Assembly: GCA_965215195.1 (NCBI GenBank)
Contig: CBDCDC010000002.1
Location: 2,944,001-3,008,000 of the forward strand
Source: Candidatus Latescibacterota bacterium
GTDB lineage: Bacteria; Latescibacterota; UBA2968; UBA8231
Reading direction: 5' to 3'
Length of the DNA: 64,000 bases
Below are positions 18,604-26,705 of this stretch, piece after piece (within the stretch, counting starts at the first letter, position 1; the number at the start of each line of letters is the position of its first letter). A model generated the notes under the pieces. It worked only from the letters and a program-made list of their open reading frames with translations. It was not told where the DNA came from and did no database searches. A program made the position numbers and the translations under genes.

Positions 18604-20064
18604 ATGTTGACCGCCATTGTAAAACGGGAGTGCCTTGATCATCTCTTTAGCTTGCGTTTCAGCCTCGCCTTAGTGCTGGTGACGGGGCTGATGGTGCTCA
18701 ACGCCCTCAGCTTTGCTGGCGGCACCTATCCGTACAAGCGCGACCGCTACCTCGAAAAGGTGCAAGCCCAGCAAGAGACCCTACGCGCCGACGCCGATAG
18801 GCTGTGGCAACTCGCTGTCAGGGGGCCGGGCGATCTTCACAAAAAGCCCAGTCAACTGATGTTTTGCGCGGCCGAGGCCGACCACGCCTTGCCCAACCGC
18901 GTCGGGGCGTACAACATAGTAAAGGTCACATACAAAATTAAAATCTATGGTATGTGGGTTCTCTCCTTCTTGGTCTCTCACTCCTTCCAAGATTCGCTGA
19001 GGCGCACTGCTCAGCAACTCTTGTCGGTCCAAGCCATTGACTGGGTTTTCATAATCGGCGTCTTCCTCAGCTTGGTGGCCCTGCTGTTTACCTTTGAAGC
19101 CATCGTCGGCGAAAAAGAGCGCGGCACCCTCAAACTGGTCATGGCCCAAAGCCTGCCGCGCCACACCTTGCTGCTGGGCAAGTTCTTGGGGGCCATGCTC
19201 GTTCTAACCTTGGTGATGGTCTTGGGCGTGGTCGTCAACTTGCTGCTCGTGCTATCGCTTTCCGAAGCGAATTTGGGCGCAGGCGAGACCGTGAAGTTGG
19301 TAGGAATGGTGGGATTAGCCCTGCTCTATTTGAGCATCTTTGTGTCACTAGGGCTGTGGGTATCCGCCCGCAGCAGCAGTGCCCGCGCCAGCTTGGTGAG
19401 CGTCCTCCTGCTGTGGACCTGCACTACCCTAATCTGGCCGCAAACCGTCGGCGTTTTGGCAGCCCGTCTGTTGGAAAACAAAAGTCAGAGTGAGGCACCG
19501 GTGACATATAAAAAGGACAAAGTGGTGATGGAATCGCCGACCTCGACTAAAATGCATCTTCTCGCGGTCAAGTTGACCAGACGCAATCTGAAAAATCCCG
19601 CAAAGGTACAGCTACTTGCCGAGGCCATCCGCACCGACCGCCACGCTGTCCAACAAGTCGAGGACGGCATACTGGCCGATCAACTCAACCAAGCTGAATT
19701 CGCCCGCAACCTCGTGCGCCTGTCGCCCATGGGCTGCTTCCAGTACAGCATGGAAGCCCTCGCTGGCACTGGACTAGCGCGCCACAAGAGTTTTATCGAA
19801 CAGGTACGCACCTACGCCCAGCTCTACGAGCAGACTATCATCGCCCTCGACCGCGCCGACCCCGAAAGCATGCACTTGTTTCCGGTCCCCCAAGCCATGT
19901 CCAAGCGCAAAGTCTCCGTTGAGAGCCTGCCCGTCTTCCGCGAAGACTTGTCGGTGGCCACCCTCATCGGCCAAGCCCGCGTCGATGTCATCAGCCTGTG
20001 CTTTTTGGCGGTCATCACGTATCTGCTCGCTTATAGGGCGTGGCTGCGCAGTAGCGTGCTCTAA
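18604..20064 (+). CDS. ABC-2 type transporter permease (paralog)
   Basis: LTAIVKREC start; EAIVGEKERGTLKLVMAQSLPRHTLLLGKFLG; LSPMGCF. AAGGAG RBS. Confidence 0.88.
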   Translation: MLTAIVKRECLDHLFSLRFSLALVLVTGLMVLNALSFAGGTYPYKRDRYLEKVQAQQETLRADADRLWQLAVRGPGDLHKKPSQLMFCAAEADHALPNRVGAYNIVKVTYKIKIYGMWVLSFLVSHSFQDSLRRTAQQLLSVQAIDWVFIIGVFLSLVALLFTFEAIVGEKERGTLKLVMAQSLPRHTLLLGKFLGAMLVLTLVMVLGVVVNLLLVLSLSEANLGAGETVKLVGMVGLALLYLSIFVSLGLWVSARSSSARASLVSVLLLWTCTTLIWPQTVGVLAARLLENKSQSEAPVTYKKDKVVMESPTSTKMHLLAVKLTRRNLKNPAKVQLLAEAIRTDRHAVQQVEDGILADQLNQAEFARNLVRLSPMGCFQYSMEALAGTGLARHKSFIEQVRTYAQLYEQTIIALDRADPESMHLFPVPQAMSKRKVSVESLPVFREDLSVATLIGQARVDVISLCFLAVITYLLAYRAWLRSSVL

Positions 20065-20382
20065 GAAGCGGTCTGCTTCACCGCGCCTTTAGGCGTGACC
20101 TTAGTACACGACCCTTACTTTGAGTACGCCTTTTCTGCGGTTTCCGCTGGGTGCGGGATCGAGGGCGTCCCGCCCTCGCCGAGGGCAAGATGCCCTCGAT
20201 CCTTGGCAGGCTGAGGGCTGGTGTCGTGTAGTAAGGGCGTGACAAACCCCCGGCGGACCGCGTTGAGTAGCGGTCCAGCGGCGCTCGGAGGGAGTGTTTT
20301 TCGCGGGCGAGACGCCCTCGATCCTAGACCTAGATTGTTTGCTGCACACAAGGGACGGTTCGCGGAATTTGCAGACCGCTTC
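20065..20382. mobile_element. IS5/IS1031-like MITE inserted at the permease stop codon; hosts MITE copy 2
   Basis: 12-bp perfect TIR GAAGCGGTCTGC (20065-20076) / GCAGACCGCTTC (20371-20382), flanked by TAA on both sides. Confidence 0.7.
20100..20235 (+). mobile_element. MITE copy 2 (136-bp variant)
   Basis: Same core as 11993-12124. Lacks the left CACCTA-AAG-TAGGTG hairpin and has an extra 20-nt REP-like unit. 8-bp direct repeat GGCGTGAC at 20092-20099 and 20236-20243. Confidence 0.88.
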
Positions 20383-20484
20383 TAAGAGGGCAACCACCAA
20401 GTGCGCTAAAATAGCGCAGAACTGTGTTATCTTAGCGCATCCATAGATCCGCTGTAAACGCAGCTACCATCTATCACAAGGAGA

Positions 20485-21288
20485 ATGCAGATGAAAACGC
20501 TCGCAGTTCGCACCCTATACTTGGCCTTTGCCGCAGCTTGGCTGTACTGCCCCGGCAAGGTCGTCGCCGAGACCAAAAGCCAATACGGCGGCTTTTCGTC
20601 CGACAGTCTTCAAGTCTTCTACGACTACATTCACGGCCAAGAGATGATGAAGGTTGAGGCTGGGGCCCAATTGCGGCAAGCCGTAGAGGCCGTGCCCATT
20701 GAGCTGGGTACGGCTATTGATCTAAAGCAAGAAGCGGGGCTACGCGACTGGCTCTACGACTTCTTGGTAGCCTTTTCAGTTTCGGGCAACGACAGTCTGG
20801 CCGCCACCTTCTATCTACGTGAAAGAATTAAGCACCCGGACCCCAAGATAAGGAGTGGCATTCCAGAATTATTTGAAAAGACCAAAGCCGCATATCAGCA
20901 AACACGCGCGGATCTAGACTGCGACTACTTTTTTGCCAACGTATCTTTCTTAGACAGCGAGTTCAGGGTGTTCGCCATGCAGGAACAGTACGATAGCTAT
21001 CAGTCCTACGCCCAAACTCGCGGTATGCTTCCCAAGGGCCAAACCACTATAACGCTCCCAACACGCGAAGAAATCGAAACGCACGTAGCGGGAGGGGCGC
21101 AGATGGTCTTCGCCGACATCATGTTCATCGTCGAAGAGCCAGAGGAGTTCGCTACATTTGAGACGCCAGGACGAACCCCATCCTTTTTCCGCCTCGCGTG
21201 GGACCCAGAACGGACCGTGTGGCGAATCGTAGAAGCCTTTTTCAGTGTTGGCGTACCACAAACGCAAATGCTTCTGTTGGGCATGTAA
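20485..21288 (+). CDS. Hypothetical exported protein
   Basis: AAGGAG RBS and N-terminal hydrophobic signal; no recognised domain. Confidence 0.7.
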   Translation: MQMKTLAVRTLYLAFAAAWLYCPGKVVAETKSQYGGFSSDSLQVFYDYIHGQEMMKVEAGAQLRQAVEAVPIELGTAIDLKQEAGLRDWLYDFLVAFSVSGNDSLAATFYLRERIKHPDPKIRSGIPELFEKTKAAYQQTRADLDCDYFFANVSFLDSEFRVFAMQEQYDSYQSYAQTRGMLPKGQTTITLPTREEIETHVAGGAQMVFADIMFIVEEPEEFATFETPGRTPSFFRLAWDPERTVWRIVEAFFSVGVPQTQMLLLGM

Positions 21289-21290
21289 GT

Positions 21291-22910
21291 GTGAGAAGAT
21301 GCGCAGGGTTGTCCATCTTGTGCGCTTGCGTCGTCGCGGCAGAGGCCCAAGTGCGCTACCGGGAAGTCGCGCAAGAAGCCGGGATTGACTTCGAGCACTA
21401 CAACGGTGCCCAAGGCGAATACTACTATGTCGAAACCTTTGGCGCGGGCGCGGCGTTCTTGGACGCCGATGGCGACGGCTGGCAGGACCTCTATCTAGTC
21501 AATGGTGCCCATCTTGCGGGACCCGCTCCCCCAATCCCGCCCATCAACCGCCTCTACCGCAACGCCGGCGATGGAACCTTTGCCGATCTCAGCGTCGGGT
21601 CCGGGTCCGGCGACCAGGGCTACGGCATGGGATGTGCCGCGGGCGACTTCGACAACGATGGGGATCAAGATCTCTACGCGACCAACTTTGGCCCCAATGT
21701 GCTGTTGTGCAACAACGGCGGGGGACGCTTTGCGGACGTCACTCAAGCGGCCGGTGTGGGCGACGGGCGCTGGGGCACTAGCACTGGATTTTTGGACTTC
21801 GACAACGACGGGGATTTGGACCTCTTTGTGGTCAACTATGTGCATTTCAGCTTGCAGGGCAATATCGAGTGCAAGCGGGGCGCGACGCGCTTTTACTGCG
21901 AGCCGAGCACCTACGCGCCCATTGGGGATGTGCTCTATCGCAACGATGGCAGCCGCTTTGTCGATGCGACCAAGAGGATGGGCATCCATGCGGTGGGACG
22001 GGGGCTGGGCGTGGCCTTTGCAGACAGCGACTTGGATGGCGACACGGATATTTACGTGGCCAACGACGGCACGCCGAATTTTCTCTACGAAAACCGAGGG
22101 GTGCGCTTTGTCGAGATCGGCCTGCGCGCCGGGGTGCAATACAACGAAGATGGGCACGCCGAAGCCGGTATGGGCGTCGACTTTGGCGATTTCGACAACG
22201 ACGGGTACGCGGATATTTTTGTAACCAATTACTCGCGCGAGACCAACACCCTCTACTGGAACGATGGCCGGGGGCGCTTTGCCGATTTTACCGCCCACCT
22301 CGGCTTGGGCCCCCCGAGTTATCTGCCCTTGGGGTTCGGGACCAAATTTATGGACTACGACAACGATGGCGACCTCGATTTATTTGTCGGCAATGGGCAC
22401 GTGGTGGATAATATCGCGCAACTTGACGCCGACCTCCGCTACGCCCAGCCCGACCTCATGTTGCGCAACCAAGACGGTGCCCATTTTGAAGAGGTCTCCG
22501 ATCAATTGGGCCCCGACTTTGTCGTCGAGCGTGCGGTTCGCGGCGCGGCTGCGGCCGATTGGGACAACGACGGCGATCTGGATCTACTGGCGACCACCGT
22601 GGCCGGCCGGCCGCGCCTGTTGCGCAACGACGGGGGCAATCGCCAGCACTGGATCGAACTCCTTTTGGTCGGTGCCAGTCAGCGGGATGCACTCGGTGCC
22701 CGCGTCACCGTTACTGCCGGCGGTGCGCGTCAGGTGCGGGAGCGCCAGTCCGGGGGGAGCTATCTGTCCAGCCACGATCCCCGCCTCCATTTTGGCCTTG
22801 GTCGGGCGACGAAAGCGGATGTAGCGATTCGCTGGCCCGATGGCCAAGTCCAGACGTTGGCCGCGATTGACGCCAATCAGATTGTCCGGGTAGTCCAACC
22901 TACTCGCTGA
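21291..22910 (+). CDS. CRTAC1-family protein (FG-GAP repeats + ASPIC/UnbV domain)
   Basis: GTG start giving signal peptide MRRCAGL...AEAQ; repeated DxDxDGDxDL; C-terminal SGGSYLSSHDPRLHFGLG...IRWPDG. Confidence 0.92.
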   Translation: MRRCAGLSILCACVVAAEAQVRYREVAQEAGIDFEHYNGAQGEYYYVETFGAGAAFLDADGDGWQDLYLVNGAHLAGPAPPIPPINRLYRNAGDGTFADLSVGSGSGDQGYGMGCAAGDFDNDGDQDLYATNFGPNVLLCNNGGGRFADVTQAAGVGDGRWGTSTGFLDFDNDGDLDLFVVNYVHFSLQGNIECKRGATRFYCEPSTYAPIGDVLYRNDGSRFVDATKRMGIHAVGRGLGVAFADSDLDGDTDIYVANDGTPNFLYENRGVRFVEIGLRAGVQYNEDGHAEAGMGVDFGDFDNDGYADIFVTNYSRETNTLYWNDGRGRFADFTAHLGLGPPSYLPLGFGTKFMDYDNDGDLDLFVGNGHVVDNIAQLDADLRYAQPDLMLRNQDGAHFEEVSDQLGPDFVVERAVRGAAAADWDNDGDLDLLATTVAGRPRLLRNDGGNRQHWIELLLVGASQRDALGARVTVTAGGARQVRERQSGGSYLSSHDPRLHFGLGRATKADVAIRWPDGQVQTLAAIDANQIVRVVQPTR

Positions 22911-22945
22911 GTTTGAGCTCCCCACTAGACCGCGAGGACCGCACA

Positions 22946-24292
22946 ATGCGTTATAGCGCCCTGCTCGCACCGCTGATGGGGGTGTTGTGTTGGGGTGTTG
23001 GCCCGCTAAAAGCGGCCGAGTCGAACAGACTAGCAGAAGGATTTGTCATCGAGTCGGCAGCCGACCTGCGCGCCTTGACGGCCCGGTCTATTGAAGGGCA
23101 TGTGCTCGTGCAGAGCGACGAACTGAAAGCGCTGCACGGGTTGGAGCGGCTCGAGTACATAGGAGGCGATCTAAGCATTGAGCACAGCGATTCGTTGGAA
23201 AGTTTGGCGGGCCTGCACCACGTAAAGCGGATTGGGGGCAGTCTGAGAATCCGGCGCAACCCCAAGCTCTTAGACTTGGAGGGATTGCGGTCTCTAGAGG
23301 AATTGGGAGGCAGCTTAATAATCGAGCGCAACAATGCCTTGGTCGGTCTGAGGGGGTTGCGCCGGGTTGGTCGCATGGGCGGGTCGCTCAGGATTCAATT
23401 CAATCGCCAACTCGTCCGCATTGAAGGGCTGGAGCGATTGGAGGCGATAGAGGGGCCGGTACTCGTCGTCGGCAATGGGGCGCTAGAAAGCCTCGTGGGC
23501 CTAAAGGGAATCAAACGCCTAACGGGCGGACTGGCCATAGAGCGCAATCGGGCGTTGCAAGCGTTGGGGGGACTGCGGCGGCTGGAGGACGTGGGCGGCT
23601 TTTTGCGGATCAAGAGCAATGGCGCCTTGGTCGAGCTAGCGGGCTTAGCGCAACTCGAGCGCGTCGCTGGGAATGTATTGGTAGTCGGCAATGCCCGTCT
23701 GGTGCGCTTGGCGGGCTTGAGTAGCCTGCGTCAGATCGGGGGCAGTCTGAGAATCGAGAAAAACGATGCACTGGTATCTTTGGCGGGCTTGGCCGGGTGC
23801 AAGAGAATCGGCGGCGATTTGCTGATTCAGGCCAATAGCGTCCTGCCCGATCTCGAAGGCTTGGCCAACTTGGCCCGCATTGAGGGACTCCTCTTGATCA
23901 TCGGCAATAGCGCGCTGCAAAGTCTGGCGGGTCTGCGCCGCCTAAAGTACGTGGGCGGCGATTTGCTGATCGTCGATAATGGGGCACTGGTCAGTTTGGC
24001 AGGGCTGCACCGCCTGAGCCGGATACGGGGGGTCCTATCCGTCTTTGGCAACAGTGCCCTGACCGATCTGGTTGGGCTGCGCCAACTCAGGACTATTGAA
24101 GGCCATTTGTTTGTCCAATTTAACGAGAAATTGCAGAGTTTGGCGGGCTTGGCAAGGCTAGAAAAAGTAGGCGGTCGGCTGGCGATTCGGGCCAATGGGA
24201 ACCTGCCGAGTGCCGCCGCCAAGGCCCTAGCCGAGCGTTTGATCGCCGGTGGGTTTGCGGGCGAGATCCAGATTGAAGCCAACCAACCCTAG
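22946..24292 (+). CDS. Secreted receptor-L-domain/LRR-like repeat protein
   Basis: Signal peptide, then about 15 tandem 25-aa repeats of LxGLxxLxxIGGxLxIxxNxxLxx. Confidence 0.85.
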   Translation: MRYSALLAPLMGVLCWGVGPLKAAESNRLAEGFVIESAADLRALTARSIEGHVLVQSDELKALHGLERLEYIGGDLSIEHSDSLESLAGLHHVKRIGGSLRIRRNPKLLDLEGLRSLEELGGSLIIERNNALVGLRGLRRVGRMGGSLRIQFNRQLVRIEGLERLEAIEGPVLVVGNGALESLVGLKGIKRLTGGLAIERNRALQALGGLRRLEDVGGFLRIKSNGALVELAGLAQLERVAGNVLVVGNARLVRLAGLSSLRQIGGSLRIEKNDALVSLAGLAGCKRIGGDLLIQANSVLPDLEGLANLARIEGLLLIIGNSALQSLAGLRRLKYVGGDLLIVDNGALVSLAGLHRLSRIRGVLSVFGNSALTDLVGLRQLRTIEGHLFVQFNEKLQSLAGLARLEKVGGRLAIRANGNLPSAAAKALAERLIAGGFAGEIQIEANQP

Positions 24293-24370
24293 CCTCTGAT
24301 TTTGGTTGCTGTGTCTTTTCGTATTTTATACAGTTACTTGCCTTGGCCCAGAAGAGTCGAGTCAGAAGAT

Positions 24371-26644
24371 ATGCCAACCACGCTACATTCCGAGGCAGGT
24401 CGCAAGAACCGCGGACGACGGATCGCGCTGAGGGCGCTTCTCCTGTTGTCAGTCCTCGGAGGAGCACCAGTTGGGGCCCAAGTGGAGGTCGTCCAACTAG
24501 GGGGCGAGGATGGGTTGTCTTGGGAGCGTGGCGGCGGGGAGATTCCAGCCTTGGTAATCCTCGACCCGGCCACGGTCGATCAGTCCAACGCGCCCGGCGG
24601 CGTCATCGACTTTGCTCCCTTTGAGCGCGCCCATTGGATCTTTCCGCAGCAGGCCGATACGACCGACAACATATTGATCGGCGTCAACTCTAAGGAGCGC
24701 GGCGGCAGCGTCATCACGCCCATCCCCTCGTTCCGCTTTCTCGAAGCCGACTTCCCCCAGATGTTCGACGACGACGGAAATACCGCCTTGGCGGTGCAAT
24801 CCTCGGGCACGGGAGGGACCGGGGCCTTTGGCCTGCTCATCGAATTCGATTTGGGGGCCATCTTTGGCGTCAATCGGTTCAAGTTTTTTCCGCGCAATGC
24901 CGATCCGGCCTTTCCGGCCCCGGATTTCCAATCCCAAGACGACTTTTTGAAGGGCTACGAAATTTTCATCAACGACGGCCAACCCGAATCGCGTCGCGAG
25001 GGCAGTCTGATCTGGGAAACGGTCGCCCTCGAGGGGCAGAACCAAGAGGCGGTGGTGGATGTGCGAATCCCCACCCGCTTCGTGCGCTTTTTGCGGCTCA
25101 AATCCCTGACGGCCGCGGACTTTGAGATCGCTGAGTTCCAAGTGTTCAGCGAGGGCTTTGTGCCGCAAGCCGTGTACATTTCCAACGTATTCGACTTTGG
25201 CGAGCGAGCACTTTTGGGCCGTTTGCGCTGGGTTGAGGAGCAGGTGGGCGATCCAACCCGCTCTAGGGTACAGGTCCGCACCCGCACCGGGGACGATCCC
25301 CAGCCGGTTGAGTTTACCCGGATCGGCAAACAATCCTCTGGCCGCGTTGAGCAGCGGGGCGATACGGTTTTTGACATCCCCATCGACGCGCCTTGGAAGA
25401 GAGCCGAAGACGTAGAAGACAGCCAACTCAACAGCCTGATCGCCAACGTCCTCGACAACGAAGAGATGGACGGGCGCGAGGCGCTTTTGACCTTTGGCCA
25501 GTTGCCGTTTGCACAGCGGTCCCAGATCACCCTCGACGAGGCGGACTACGGCAAGTTGGCGAGCGGCCAAAGATCGGTAATTCGCCAAGACCTCACCAAT
25601 TGGAGCCCTTGGTCGCCCCCCTATTCGCCCGAGGGCATTGTCGCCCCAGACCAACTTCAGGTGCAGGGAGCGGGGACGCTGATCGTCTCGCCTAGCCCGC
25701 GGCGCTACTTTCAAGTGATGGTCGAGTTCTTCAATGCCGAGGTCGATGCGGCTACAGGCATCGGCGGGGTGGCTTGGGATGTTTTTCGGCCCGTCTTCGC
25801 CGACTCTCTCATCGCCGAGATCTTGCCCCGCAGCGCCATTTTAGGCCAAGCCACCCGCTTCACGTATGGCGTTCTGGTCAAATCCACCCCCCAGAATGCG
25901 GGCTTTGACCGCTTTGAAATCAGCACGCCGCTGCGCACCGAGTCGATTGGCCAAGTGGCAATACGCCGGGCCGACGGCACGGCAGAGATGGCGGATTTTT
26001 CCGCCGCGTCCCTCGCGTCTCTGCCGGTTGAGCAGAATGGTTTTAGCGTGGTGGCCGTGCGCGACGACGGCTTTGTCGTGGCCTTTCCGCGGATTGCGGA
26101 GAATGGGGTGCTCTTGACCTTGGAGTTTGAAAATGCGGTCCTGCGCTTGGGGACTCGCTTTGCCGGCCGGGCGCTCAACGCCGATAACGACGAGGTGCTG
26201 GGCCAAGTGGTGTTGGCCGGTAATGCCGCGAATTTGAGCCGAGAGGGCATGGATGATCCCGACCGCAAGGGCGTGGGCACCCTCGATCTAAGAAACCTCT
26301 TTGTCGACGTGCCGATTACCGACGAACTGCTGGTGAATGTAGCGGCCGTCCCCAGCGTCTTTACCCCCAATGGCGACGGGATCAACGAGCGGGCGGCCAT
26401 TACCTACGATATCACCAACATAGCCCACCCGACCCGGGTGCAGCTCAGGATCTACGATTTGAGCGGCCGGCTGATCCGCGACCTGTACGAAGGCTTGGAT
26501 ATGAGCGGTCGATTCCCCCGTTTTTGGAATGGGCGCGACGATGGGGACAACCCAGTGCGGCCGGGCCACTATATCTTTTCTATTGCTTTGGATGCGGGGA
26601 CCGGAGAGGAGAAGCGGGTGGGGGTTGTCGGGGTAGCGTATTGA
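24371..26644 (+). CDS. Large secreted protein with C-terminal FlgD-Ig/CHU_C-like domain (paralog B)
   Basis: Signal peptide ending VGAQ; IEFDLG, RTRTGDD, WSPWSPPY, SPSPRRYFQ; FTPNGDGINE...IYDLSGRLIR...WNGRDD...PGHY. Confidence 0.8.
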   Translation: MPTTLHSEAGRKNRGRRIALRALLLLSVLGGAPVGAQVEVVQLGGEDGLSWERGGGEIPALVILDPATVDQSNAPGGVIDFAPFERAHWIFPQQADTTDNILIGVNSKERGGSVITPIPSFRFLEADFPQMFDDDGNTALAVQSSGTGGTGAFGLLIEFDLGAIFGVNRFKFFPRNADPAFPAPDFQSQDDFLKGYEIFINDGQPESRREGSLIWETVALEGQNQEAVVDVRIPTRFVRFLRLKSLTAADFEIAEFQVFSEGFVPQAVYISNVFDFGERALLGRLRWVEEQVGDPTRSRVQVRTRTGDDPQPVEFTRIGKQSSGRVEQRGDTVFDIPIDAPWKRAEDVEDSQLNSLIANVLDNEEMDGREALLTFGQLPFAQRSQITLDEADYGKLASGQRSVIRQDLTNWSPWSPPYSPEGIVAPDQLQVQGAGTLIVSPSPRRYFQVMVEFFNAEVDAATGIGGVAWDVFRPVFADSLIAEILPRSAILGQATRFTYGVLVKSTPQNAGFDRFEISTPLRTESIGQVAIRRADGTAEMADFSAASLASLPVEQNGFSVVAVRDDGFVVAFPRIAENGVLLTLEFENAVLRLGTRFAGRALNADNDEVLGQVVLAGNAANLSREGMDDPDRKGVGTLDLRNLFVDVPITDELLVNVAAVPSVFTPNGDGINERAAITYDITNIAHPTRVQLRIYDLSGRLIRDLYEGLDMSGRFPRFWNGRDDGDNPVRPGHYIFSIALDAGTGEEKRVGVVGVAY

Positions 26645-26705
26645 TATTGGGCGCGGGGATTGCCTCGCGCTGGATTTTACCACGCAGAATTGGGAGGGTG
26701 CGGCA

